A stretch of DNA of 63,115 nt, the filler included, from Olpidium bornovanus S191 (Eukaryota; Fungi; Olpidiomycota): NCBI GenBank assembly GCA_017911155.1. It is 23 parts of 23 records of this genome, joined end to end, with 100 filler letters (N's around TTAATTAATTAA, not from the genome) between each part and the next. Parts side by side here need not be neighbours in the genome. Positions count along the whole stretch, not along the records: positions 35,764 to 40,306 come from JAEFCI010010108.1; positions 40,407 to 42,333 come from JAEFCI010002774.1; positions 42,434 to 44,633 come from JAEFCI010013077.1; positions 44,734 to 48,621 come from JAEFCI010001653.1; positions 48,722 to 50,308 come from JAEFCI010004210.1; 18 more parts are not named here. One strand, written 5' to 3'. The notes beneath the pieces were generated by a model, which saw only the letters and a program-made list of their open reading frames with translations, ran no database searches and had not been told where the DNA came from. Positions 37,597-49,229 of the stretch are shown in pieces; position 1 is the first letter of the stretch; each line of letters starts with the position of its first letter. Position numbers and translations under genes: made by a program.

Positions 37597-38256
37597 CTAC
37601 TTGTTCTGCGATGCTATGCGGTTCAAGGAGCTGGTCAAGATGGACGTGCACGTTTCCACGTTCGCGGGGGTCGGCTTGCCGGCGCCGTGCGCGCCGGCCG
37701 TGCCGCCGCCGCCGCCCGCTTTCTGGACGAGGACGACGTGCTTCACGAACCGGGCCAGGCCCTCGGCGACCTGCCTGTTCGCGTCCACGTGGACCAGCGG
37801 CTCGACGTGCCGGACGATGTGCGACTTCCCCTGCTCCGTTTTACAGAAGAGCACCCGGCGGCGGTCCAGCGCCGGCGGCGGCGAGTCGTACAGCCCGCTC
37901 TGCTCCAGCCCCCACTGCACGTGCTGGGCCTCCTCCTCCGAGCCGACGACCGTGACCAGGTACAGCTCGTAGGCCGCCGCCAGGGCGCTGAGAAAGGCGA
38001 GCGTGCCCTCCAGGAAGGCGAAGTTGGGCGCCCGCGGGTCCGGCGACGGGTTCCACAGGATCACCTGCGAAAAGCGGCGGCGTCCCCGCGGGGAAACCAG
38101 GTTCTGTCAGCGGAAAGCCCCCTTCCCCGGGCCGTCGTCCCGCTTCCTCCGAGGTCGGCCGCCCCTCCGACGCACGTTTTTAAGGGACACCGTCAGCGGA
38201 CGCCTTCGGGCTTTTCCGACAGAAAGGAACCGCGAGACGGCGTGCTGTCTCGGGAC
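37597..38256 (-). CDS. PEX22-like peroxin (plant-type soluble domain); first exon not located
   Basis: PLTVSLKN|VILWN...[14 protein letters not shown]...[40 protein letters not shown] resembles plant PEX22 (KVLFCSTEIGRTSFVRQLEPDWHIDTN...LARFI), from recall. Confidence 0.7.
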
Positions 38257-38419
38257 CTGCAAGTTCGGGGGAGGAGGGTGGCCGGGAGGGGGCGAAGACG
38301 CAGGATTTGGTTCGCCGCGCGGCACCGAAAAAAAAAAAAAAAAAAAAACAAAAAAAAGGCGCCTGTGGCATTTTTCGCTGAAGGGCGCCCAAAGCACCCC
38401 CCCCCCCCCCCCCCCGCCC

Positions 38420-38450
<31 letters not shown>

Positions 38451-38502
38451 AAATCGCCCAGACCAAAAAGAACCCGCGGCGGGAACGGGGGAAAACCCAT
38501 CC

Positions 38503-40306
38503 ATGCTCAGGCAACAGAGGCTGCGGAGGGAGTACCTCTACCGCAAGTCGCTCGAGAGCAAGGAGCAGCAGATTTACGAGAGGAAGCAGAAGGTCAAGGA
38601 GGCCGTCGCGGGTGAGCGAGAGGAGGCGCCGGCCGCCGGCGACGAAACAGAGATTCTCTCCTCCCTTCCCCCCCTGGAAATGCCGGTTGCCGCTCATTTA
38701 CGCCGAGGACGCCCGCGTCAACTCGACTCTCATCGCTTCTCCGTTTGCTTCCTCGAATTTTGCTCGACGCCCCGTTCCTTTGCGACTGACGCGTGTTTTC
38801 CCTTCGTGGCCCCCTACTTCCTCTTCCCTTCGGCGACTTTTGCGTGGCCAGCCGGCAAACCAGTCCCTACCGAGTTAAGGAAGGAAAACATTACGAGGGA
38901 ACTCGCGTTTGACGAGGCGCAGGCCGGTGGGTTTCTGTTTTATACGAAAAGATTTCCTCCGGGTGAAGAGGGGGGGGGCGTGGGACTAATGATGGTGGTG
39001 GCAGTAGGGGGGGGGGGGCCGGGGGGGGAAATCCGGAAAGCGCGCGCCCTCTCCCCCTCCTCCCGAATGTCGCCGGTTATGTGGGATTGTTTTTTTTTGG
39101 TTGACACCCCCGCTTTTCCCGGGCCGGACGTCCGGCCGGCGGCGGGGCTCCTCTTTTGCGCGCGCGGCGACCGTTGCACACAAAAAAAAAGCCCCCACGA
39201 CCCATGTCGACGACGAGTACGCGCGGGCGGGCGTGAGCGACCCAAAGATCCTGATAACGACTTCTCGCGACCCGAGCAGTCGCCTGCAGCAGTTTGCGAA
39301 GGTCAGGCTATTTCCCACCCGCCCTCCTGCGCGAGGACTTTTTGCTCTACCGGAGAGGCAGGGGGGCGGAGTGAAGGGGAGGAGAGCGGTCGACGAAACT
39401 CGTTATATTCATACCGCGCAAAAAAAAAAAAATCGCTTCATCAGGAGATGCGGCTCGTCTTTCCGAATTCGCAGCGGATCAACCGCGGCGGGTACGTCCT
39501 GAAGGAAGTGGTGGACGCCTGTCGGAGCAACGACGTGACCGACCTCATCATCCTGCACGAGCACCGCGGCCAGCCGGACGGAATGATCGTCTCGCACTTT
39601 CCGCACGGGCCCACTGCCTTCTTCAGCCTCCACAACGTCGTGCTTCGGCACGACATCAAGAACCAGGGGACCGTGTCGGAGGCGTACCCGCACCTCATCT
39701 TCAACAACTTCAGCTCGAAGTTGGGAGCCAGAGTGAGAGCCGGGGGAAATCGTTTTATTTGACTTTTTGCTTTTTTTTTTTCTCCACGCCGAAACGGTGC
39801 CCGTTTGTCCCAATCAAATGTTGGCTTTACCCTGGCGAAACTCGCGCGGGTTTTTTATTTCTTCTGGCGAAACTCACGCGGTTTTTTATTTCTTACTTTT
39901 TTTTTTTTGCTTCCACTAAAACTTGTCTACATTGACTTGCAGGTAACCAACATACTGAAGTACCTGTTTCCCGTCCCAAAGGATGACAGCCAACGGGTCA
40001 TGACTTTTAGTAACGAGGATGATTACATCTCGTTTAGGTAATTGGGGAAACCACTTACATTATCGAGGTGGTCCCCGTGTTCCCGTGTTTTCCCCGCGAG
40101 CTACGCGCCCTGGCCGGGTCAAGGTGCCCGACGCTGACTTCAAAATGTTATCTCTTCCTCCCAGGCATCACGTTTTTTACAAGATTGGCAAGGAGGTTCA
40201 GCTGGCCGAGGTTGGTCCGCGGTTTGAGATGAGGAGTGAGTTCGCCGCCGGTTTTCTTCTCTCGCCCTTCCTCCATTTCTCGACACTTGCGCCCTTGAAC
40301 AACATG
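38503..40306 (+). CDS. IMP4: U3 snoRNP protein Imp4 (Brix domain), multi-exon, 3' partial
   Basis: [37 protein letters not shown]|[48 protein letters not shown]|[13 protein letters not shown]. Confidence 0.97.
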
Positions 40307-41444
40307 NNNNNNNNNNNNNNNNNNNNNNNNNNNNNNNNNNNNNNNNNNNNTTAATTAATTAANNNNNNNNNNNNNNNNNNNNNNNNNNNNNNNNNNNNNN
40401 NNNNNNCATGTCGGGGCCGGCATCGGAAGCAGTCTCCGCATCTCCCGTGCGTGCGCATTAACGCAGGAAATACAATTATACATTTAATTTAATGGTTAAA
40501 AATTAGATATGAAATATATTTGTAATATATCGGAATATAATAATAAAAATGTCGTCAATGAATGCCTGGAGCGCGAACAGCACAAGGAAGAAAATGAAAA
40601 GTGCGCAGAAAGATTCAATAGTTAACTAATTATAAATTATATTATCAGGGTATAATTACCAATTATGAATGATAATATTGATTAATTATATTTAGATTAA
40701 ATTATAATTAAAGTTTATAACATATTTATATTAGTAATAACTAACTATATCACTCCATAGTAAACTGGTGATGAATAATGTGATCAATAGTTAGCTAATT
40801 ATAATGGCTTCAAAAGACTTTCCGATCGTGTCACCGTTGCCAAAATGTTGTCGACCGCTGCACCACCGCTTGACACTTGACGCTCAAGCCGAGTGGTCGC
40901 CGAGGACACCGCTGCCGTCTTCATTTTCAAGCTGGACCGAAAACTCGGTTGAGTGGCACGAACGCGTGTAAAATGCTCAGTACGGGCCCAAAAGCAGAAA
41001 GTCCCGACGGCGCAATCCATCGATTTGAACTTCAAATTTCAAAAATTTCAAATTTCAAAGCATCAAGAAACTTTTAGCGGTGTCCCACGTGTATCCTCCG
41101 ATCCCAACGTTTCATACTACAAAACTTTTTTTGTACTACCATGTGTTATCGGCGATGAAACAAAAAAAGTAATTATTTACTGTTCATCGTTTGAACCGAA
41201 TTTTCGTTGGGCCAGAGAGAAAGATATTTTTAACCGGAGTTATTCTCGAACAGGGAGGTGCCACCATTGAGGAAAGGTTTCCTTTCCTTCCCCCCACCCC
41301 TTTTTCTCACCCGAGGTCGGGCACGTACGTTGTTGGTTTCTGGAGAACAGAATAGCAGCCTTCCGTTCCCCAAAGGCGGGCGAAAAAATCGATGAGCAAA
41401 ACGAAAAGGCGGAAGAAATTGGCAATAAGAAAATAAAACGAAAT

Positions 41445-41516
41445 CTCCGAATCGGGGAATCGAACCCCGGCCGTCCCGGGGAGAGCGGGAAATCCTAGCC
41501 ACTGGACCAATTCGGA
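41445..41516 (-). tRNA. tRNA-Glu(CTC)
   Basis: TCCGAATTGGTCCAGTGGCTAGGATTTCCCGCTCTCCCCGGGACGGCCGGGGTTCGATTCCCCGATTCGGAG has a 7-bp acceptor stem, anticodon stem TCCCG/CGGGA, T-loop GTTCGATTC and a downstream T-run. Confidence 0.9.
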
Positions 41517-42821
41517 TTAAGACAGGTGTCAACGAACATCCAGGGCGCCTAACGTACAAAAAGGAAAAAAACAAACTATTTTTCAATAAGCCGAGATTTC
41601 CGGCTCCGTCGAAGCCGGGGATAAATCTGCTTAAAGTGTAAATGATAACTATAATTAGTTAGTAATGTATTGTTGTTGGCATATAAAACGGACCGCTTTT
41701 TCGGTCCGCGGCGGAGAGAGGCCGTGGGAGGGTGGGTAGGTCCCAGAAAGGGGGGGAGGGGGGGGGGGGGGGGGGGTCGAACGGAGCCCGTTCCGCCAGC
41801 ACGGGGGGATGTTTTTTTTTTCTTTTCCGTGTGCTCTCTCTCACGCGCCGGCCCGTCTTCACGCGCCGGGCGTGGGTGGTGCATGGCCGCCGGCGTGCTT
41901 CTGCCCGCTCTCTCCGCGACTTTCCGCAACTCTAATAAATAAACGCGGCGCCCACCGGAAGGCTGGAAGGGGTGTGAGGGAGAGAGGTCGGCGCCGGTTG
42001 ACTGTCCACCCGTTTTTTGCCCGCCCCCGCCGCCAAACCCTGCCGCGCCGGACCTTCCCCCCCTTCTCCCCCGCCCCGCTCCCCCCCCCCCCCCCCCCCC
42101 CCCCGCCCCGGCTTCTCTCCTCCGTTCCCCGGCCTCCCCAGAGAATGCGCATGAATCTGGACTTTTGGGGGGGCCGCAGCCCGGCTGGGCTGGCCGGGCG
42201 GAGATGCCTCAACCGCCCGGCCCCCCTCCGCCGCTGCATTTTCTTCCCCTTTTCTTTCCCCTTTCCGCCCTTTACCCCCCTGGGGCGCTTCTCTCCACCT
42301 CTCGCCCCCCGCCCTCGCTCCCCCGTCTTCCTCNNNNNNNNNNNNNNNNNNNNNNNNNNNNNNNNNNNNNNNNNNNNTTAATTAATTAANNNNNNNNNNN
42401 NNNNNNNNNNNNNNNNNNNNNNNNNNNNNNNNNCATGTGAGTAATGCTTCACGTCAAAGACCCATTTGCCTCCGATGATTGATGTAACAAGTGAATTACG
42501 TAATCTGCGCAATGCGCGGTCTGGAGATTATATTCCACAAATCTTGCTCTGGAATCTGGATCTGGATCTGGAGTTCGGGAACGAACAGGCTATCTGGTTC
42601 TTGGTCAAGGCCGGGGATGGGTTTCTGGAATTAGCGTTCGTAAAACGCCACGGCGATTTCACCGGCGACGTGCGTCTTGTTTGTCGTTTTCCTGGTCGCG
42701 CGTCCGCCGTAACAGCCGGTGTCGGATGCTCTTTCCCCCGGACTTCCCCCGTAAAATTTCCTTGTACCGGGTAGAACCCAATGTTTTGACATGGATGCTG
42801 TTGTTGATTCTCCCCCTTTAA

Positions 42822-44633
42822 ATGGCACACAACGGGATCAACAACAACAAAACCCCCCGGACTTCTCACATCCCCCCGCAAAAAAAACGGCGCCGGGCGC
42901 ACCACGAGCAGCCGCCCATGGGCGCCCGCGCCGGCGGCGCGAGCCGAGATGGTTCTGAAGCGGGTCGGGGAGGGGAGGAGGGGGCAGCGGCGGGGGACGC
43001 GCCGCGGGTTAGAAAGCGCCGCAAGGCCTTGATGGTCTTCGTCGGCTCGTTCAACGTGAACGAGAAGCCGCTTCCCGCAGACCTCTCCGACTGGCTGAGG
43101 ACTCCCGGTCCGCGCCGCCGGCCCCGTGACGACCGCGGCGACGAGGAGGAGGAGGAGGAGGAGGAGGGGGAGGAGGAGGCGGGGGGCGGGGCGGAGGGCG
43201 ACCCCGCGCCGGACCTCCTCGCGTTCGGCTTTCAGGAGCTGCATCCGCTCCCCTGGGCGTTCGTCCACTCCGTCTCGCCTGAACCGGGCGAGCGGTGCGC
43301 CGCCGCGGACGAGTGCCGGTCCTCCGTCGAAGCGGCGCTCCGCAGGCGGTGGGGAGGAGGCGCAGGAGGAGACGGTGGTGGCGAGCCGGGTCCCGGCGGC
43401 CGGCCGGAGCCGACGACGTTCACGCTCCTCGCCTGCCACGTCCGCGTCGGGCTGCTGATCCTCGTGTACGCCAACGACGCGTCGAAGGCGACGTCGCTGG
43501 TGTCGGGCGTCCGGTGCGCCGACGTCGGGACGGGTGTCGCGGGGATGCTCGGAAACAAGGGCGCCGTCGGGGTCAGGGTGACCATGCGCTGGGAGGAGCA
43601 GGAGGAGGAGGAGGGGGAGGAGCCGCGCGGGCGGCGGCGCGAACCGTTGACTCTGTGCTTCGTCAACGTCCACTTCGCCGCGCACGAGCACAACCTCGAG
43701 CGCAGGAACCGCGATTTCTGGGACGTGTGTCGGCGCATGACGTTCTGGACCGGAGAGGGGGAAGGAGCCGATGACGACGACGACAACGACGACGGCGGCG
43801 GCGGCGACGACGGCGACGAAGAAGGAGAAGAAGAAGAAGACGCAGCGGCGGCGGCGGAAGGCGGGTGGCGCTTCCCGGATATTAGGGTGACGGGCCCCGC
43901 CCGAGGGGGCGGCGGCGGCGGAGGCGACGCGGAACACGGGTACGAACTTTCTGGCGGGCAAGGCGGCTTCGACAGCTTCCCGAGGGCCGGTTCCCCGCTG
44001 CGTCCCAGGCCCGCGAGGGAAGGCGGGCGCGGCGCGGCGGGGAAGCGCAGCAGCGGCTGGGGTCGGCGGGATTACGCCAGGTTGCGAGAGGACCACGCCG
44101 GCGGCTCGGGCACCTCCGAGCTGAGCGAATCTTGTGAGAGCCTGGACGGCGGAGACGCGCAGGCGGACGTTTCCCCGTTAATTTCCACGACCGCCGCTTC
44201 CGCGAACCCGGCCGCTTCGGCAATCTGGAACGGCGCCGCCCACTTCTCCCCCAACGGCCGCCGCCGCCGCCGCCGCCTCCGCCGGCGGAGCCCCCTCGAC
44301 CCCTTGCGGACCGGCGGCGCCAAAACGAAAGAGGCGTCGATCTTCGACTGCGACGCCGTCTTTTTTTTCGGGGATCTCAATTATCGCCTCGTGTGCGTGC
44401 ACCCGGACCTGTCGCGCTCGGCGGACCCCAGGGGTGCGGCGAAACTCTCTTTCCCCGAAATGGTGGCAAGGTTGTCGGCCGCGCAGGACCCCGGGGCTTT
44501 GGGCGGCGGTGGGGGCAGAGGAGGCGAAGACCACTCGACTCTGGCACCGTTCGACCAGCTGGAAAACGCGCGTGCGTTCTCTGCGTCCGTCTCGCCGGCG
44601 CGATCGCGCGTCAGCGGCGGCGGCGGCGGCGGG
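42822..44633 (+). CDS. Inositol polyphosphate 5-phosphatase (IPPc), 3' partial
   Basis: VFVGSFNVN, DLLAFGFQE, GMLGNKGAV, LCFVNVHFAAHEHNLERRNRDF, FFFGDLNYRL, DQL. The start codon may be 42917. Confidence 0.93.
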
Positions 44634-45049
44634 NNNNNNNNNNNNNNNNNNNNNNNNNNNNNNNNNNNNNNNNNNNNTTAATTAATTAANNNNNNNNNNN
44701 NNNNNNNNNNNNNNNNNNNNNNNNNNNNNNNNNTCCGTTGTGGACGCGACCCTTCCCGCATCCCCGTTGATGTCTGCCCTGACAATGGTGTATTCGGCCA
44801 CTGTCCTTCCTTTGTCTAAGTCTGGCGGAGGGCTGTTACCTCCCAATTCTCATGCTAACGCCAGGACGGCCCCTGCAGTATTTGTAAGCCGCCAGGACCG
44901 CGAGTATTGGTACGCTTTGCGGCGCGGAGTTAAAATCCGTTGATGGGTCACGACGGAGGAAATTCTCGACGATTGGCACTCGAACGAAGGTGGTGCTGGG
45001 ATAAATGACAATCGCAGAATTCAAAGCAGCAATTTGCATCGACGGCAGC

Positions 45050-45420
45050 ATTCGCCACACGATTCACCGCCAAATTCGAGGGAGCAATCGCCGCCGAGTT
45101 TGCGGCAAGATTCGCCGAAAATCGCGGCGGGATCTCGGTGCAATAACCGTAACATGAAACTATGCTGCAGGAACCGCGGCAGAATTTTGCGGCAGCAGTT
45201 TATGCGGCAGAATCTGCAGCGGAATTTGCCGCAGAATTTATGTGCGGCCGCGGGATTCGCGGCAGAATTTTGCTGCAGAATTCGCCGCCACGATTCATGG
45301 CGGGATTCGCCGCAAAAAATTTTTCCGGCGGGATTTGCGGAATGAAATCATGAACGGGGGTCAATGCAGAATTATTCTGGCCTTAGCCGGGATTCGCGGG
45401 GAACCTTGCGGAAAGGCGCT
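45050..45420. repeat. Degenerate array of GCGGCAGAATT / AATTCGCCGC motifs
   Basis: More than ten imperfect copies in both orientations. Confidence 0.7.
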
Positions 45421-45962
45421 GATGCTATTTTTCAGGAAGCAAAAGGCCGATGAAGTGTAGGTAATAGGATTTTTTTGTTTAAGCTTTAAAAAAAAAAAAA
45501 AAAAAAGCGGGAATTTTCCGGTGAGTTGTGGCGGGGTTGGCTGCAGGACAGGATTTTAAAAATTCACAGCAGGCGGAATTTGCAAAAGGACTTTGCGGTA
45601 GATTTCACGGGAAGAACGCAGACTTTTCGACAGGATTTGCAGCATATTAAAGGTTTGCGGGAGAGACACTCACCGAAAGTAACCGCTCCACAAATTTTAC
45701 CGCAAAAGGCAAGATTTCAGAATCCGGCTCGGGATTCGTGTCCAACCGTGGAACGCCGGGGCGACTCCGTGGTTCTACTTTTGAGCAAGCAAAACGCTCA
45801 CCGAGGTGTGTCGCCTGGAGGAGTGTGGCCCAATCATCTTCAAGAGGTCAGTTTTTCCGTTCCCAGGTTTTTCGCCCGCAAAAGCGCCTCGTGGCCGCAA
45901 CCTAAGGCTGCAAGTCGAAAGGGAACTTTGGAGGGAAAAAAAAAAAAAAAAAAAGGAAAACT

Positions 45963-46994
45963 ATGACCAGAGCTGTTCCACTCTTCGGAGGAGCAATGGT
46001 CGCGACACTGCCGACCAGCTTCATCGACGCGAGGTAAAGCAAAATGAGGGGTGGGGGTGGGGGGTTTTGTTGGTGGGTTCAACGGGGAAAACGGGTATCC
46101 CTAACCGTCCGCAGCGACTTGCGTCAAGTCCCAGACAACCAGGAGGTGTTCGTTGCCCGTGACGGCGACGACAGCATCGTCTTCGACATCCTGGAGCTCT
46201 GCGCGGAAGCCGGAGAGGAGGAGGCCGCCGCGTGCGTAAAATGTACAACAAAAAAGAATAACGAACCAACTGCTTTCTGACCTGCCCCCCCCCCACTATT
46301 CCCCCACTTTCTCAGGTATCATTTCGCCGACATCGCCGACGCGAATGCGTCGTCGGAACGAACAGTCCTGGGTGTTCGGAAGCTGGATACGGGGTACCTT
46401 CTCCGACAACGGTTAGGGAGAAAAAAAAAACCCCCCACGATTCTTTTCCTTTTTTAAAGGGAAAAAGGAAGATAAAAATGGCGTTTTCTAAAGGGAAAAA
46501 GGAAGTTAAAAAATGGCGAAACGTGAGAGACTGGGCACCCCCGTCCGTCGTCTCCCGCGCTCAATTCCCAAACCTTTTTTCCGTCGCGTTTTGCCCGCCG
46601 TCCCCACTCCACCACACACCTCCCCTCCTCCCCGTTCAGGCCGGACACCTCGGCATACATCCTGCAAGGGCTGCAGAAGGTGTCCAAGTTCGGCCGCGAG
46701 CGCGGCCTCCGCGGGACCGAGGACGTCCTCCTGCTGACACTTGTCTGTGCGCGGATGCCGTCCGTCGCCACCGACCTCGTGCTGTCGTACAACCGCCCTT
46801 TGGCGTCGTCCTCGGGCGGCGGCGGCGGCGGCGACCCCTGGTCGTCGTCATCGGCCCCCGCCGCCGCGGCCGTGGTGGACCCGCGCGTCCTCGCGGCGGC
46901 GGAGGACGTGCTGAGGACGGCATGGGAGAACTTCCAGGGGTTGGATTGGGGACTGTTCGGGATACACGGGAGTCCTGCGGCGGAGACCCGTTAA
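45963..46994 (+). CDS. MOG1: Ran guanine-nucleotide release factor Mog1, multi-exon
   Basis: PLFGGAMVATLPTSFIDAS|DLRQVPDNQEVF...SIVFDILE, YHFADIADAN, QKVSKF, TDLVLSYN, DWGLFG. Confidence 0.92.
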
Positions 46995-47965
46995 TATATC
47001 AAATGTCCTGCAAAAACAGGCGTTACGCCGCCAACCCCTCCCCGGATTTAGAACGAGAGTGCGTGACGATGCTGAGGACGGGCGACGGGACCTTTTGAGA
47101 CTGGAGAATTGCTTGTCGCCCGCACGGCAGAGGAGTGGTGGCGCACTTCGTCAGGTTCGGCGAAAGGGGGGGAAAGCAAAAGAAAGCCAGAATCCGTGAA
47201 GTTCTACCCGTTTCACGTTGTTTGCAGAGTGCTAGACTCCAAAGAAGGGAGCGCGCCTCTTGCAGCCCTCATGGCGAATTTTCCCGTTTCTTGCTGGGCT
47301 CCGTGTTTCGATGCTTAGAAATGGTATCCTTTTTTTGCGATTACGACCAAACCAAACGGTGTGCGAAAGTTGCAGCTGAGAGTTCTTTTCTTGTCGCAAC
47401 ACGGCTATTGCGGAGAGCTCTGCAAACAACTGTCATCATTGTCCTTGGACGCGGAGGGAAAACACGGGGATGCGCTCGGAACAGTACGCAAAAATGGGAG
47501 GGGAACGCGGGGCGGTTGGCTCCGTAGATTTTGCTATGTATCATGAAAGGGGAACAGAGCGGAAGAGCGAGAGAGGAAAAAACGGCCGTTTTGCCAGATT
47601 TTGCTACTGTTACGTGTGCGTGAAGAGGAGTTGAAAACGCCTCCATCCTTCCGGGTTGGGATGGGGGCGGTGGGGGTGGCATGGGATGCTGCCGACGAAA
47701 TAAAGCATCTAACCCAAGGAAACAAAAAAAAGAAAAGTAATCTACAATTCTACGATTCCGTCACGGCGCGCGTGATGGTAATGCTTCAGACCGTCGCGCT
47801 TGGTTTCTTCGGCGACCAACTCTAAATCGAGGTCGGAGCGGCGGACGAATTCTTGCCTGCTCGAACCAATCGGAAAGTCCCCGTTAGCATCGAAAAGCAA
47901 ACGGCCCGGAACTGCTGGGAAAACAGAATGGCAAAAGAACGTGAGAGATAGAAAGAAAGACGCAC

Positions 47966-48621
47966 ATCTTTAACCGCTCCGTGATCGCGTCTAGATCCAA
48001 ATCAAGGTAGCTCCGTATGAATTCGCCAATGTCCGTATTCTGAACGCAAGATTTGCGCGCGCGCGAAAAAAAAAAAACAAAAAAAACAGAAAAACAACGA
48101 AATTCCCGTGGTTAGCAAGGTAGAATTCGAGGGCGATCCTAAGTCAATTTATGCTTGGGAAAACGAGAGAAGCGGTAAAAATACCTCGTTGGAACCTCGG
48201 AGGCTCTCAGCTGCCTCGCCGTAGGCGTACAGGTTGACGTCGACGCCGGAATGTCCGTGGGTGCTGCGAGTGTTGCACGCGCATCATCAGAAAGCGGAAG
48301 TCAAACAATTCGCAGGAACACAACGGGTTTCCCCAACTCACGTCCACTGAACGTTGTTGTTCCAAACGGCAAACGAAAAATAAAATCACAATCAAGTCAG
48401 AATGGTGCCTCGCTTCCAATTCGGGAGGGGGACGAAGGTGGGGGAGGAGGGGAAGTGAAGGGTTGCGCGTAGCGCCTACGTTTACGGAGCAATCCACTTT
48501 CATGGAAGACTCACCCCGAGCTGAGCTCGCACGCTGACCATATTGGCAAGTGAGGCGTCCAACGCCCCGAATTCTTTAGTTTTACTCAGAATGTCGAGCT
48601 CTTCGTCGGTGGCGTCCGAAA
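47966..48621 (-). CDS. PHO8: Alkaline phosphatase (Pho8-like) C-terminal exons, partial
   Basis: LANMVSVRAQLG|WT|THGHSGVDVNLYAYG...LRGSNE|NTDIGEFIRSYLDLDL. Exons are ..48515, 48346..48342, 48263..48185 and 48039..47966. The final exon was not resolved. Confidence 0.9.
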
Positions 48622-49040
48622 NNNNNNNNNNNNNNNNNNNNNNNNNNNNNNNNNNNNNNNNNNNNTTAATTAATTAANNNNNNNNNNNNNNNNNNNNNNN
48701 NNNNNNNNNNNNNNNNNNNNNATCTACGGAATACAGGCCTATTTGTACCTCAAAGGTGTTGCGAGTTTACAGGAGGAGGAAAGGGGTGAACAGGGGGATT
48801 TCCGCCGGAGCCACGCGGGCACCGCCCCCCTTTGTTTCAACATCGGGGGCCGGGGGGGATGCACGGCCCGGGAGGGGGGCCGCGTCGTTTTTTTTGTGTT
48901 GCGGGGGCCCAGAACGCAGGGCGGGCGTGTCCCAGGGTGTCGGCGCCGCCCCAACGCGGGGGGGCGCGGGGGGGGGGGGGGGGGGGGGGGGGGGGAGACA
49001 CTCTCTCGAGCCGAAAGGCAAAACGGCGCTTTGGACTGAC

Positions 49041-49229
49041 CCGCTTGGTTTGCCTGTCGGCCCTGTCAAACTTCTCCTGCTGCATTTGGGCTAGTACGTA
49101 GGTGCCGGATAAGAGGGCGACGAAAAAGGGCAAGCCGAGGTAGAGGAAGGAGTTCTCTTTGGTCTTTGTGGCGACGGCATCGGCCAGGCGGTCCCAGGGC
49201 GTGAGGAGGGGCGGCTTAGGTAGTTGCAT
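49041..49229 (-). CDS. COX16: Cytochrome c oxidase assembly factor Cox16, first exon
   Basis: ENSFLYLGLPFFVALLSGTYVLAQMQQEKFDRADRQTKR followed by a GTCAGT donor; matches the Cox16 N-terminal TM pattern from recall. Confidence 0.7.

Noticed and set aside
37687-39762. 691-aa plus-strand ORF as a single protein
   Set aside because: It runs through PEX22 antisense, homopolymers and IMP4 introns; only the IMP4 exons are credible.
42528-44096. 522-aa minus-strand ORF
   Set aside because: Antisense to the inositol 5-phosphatase.
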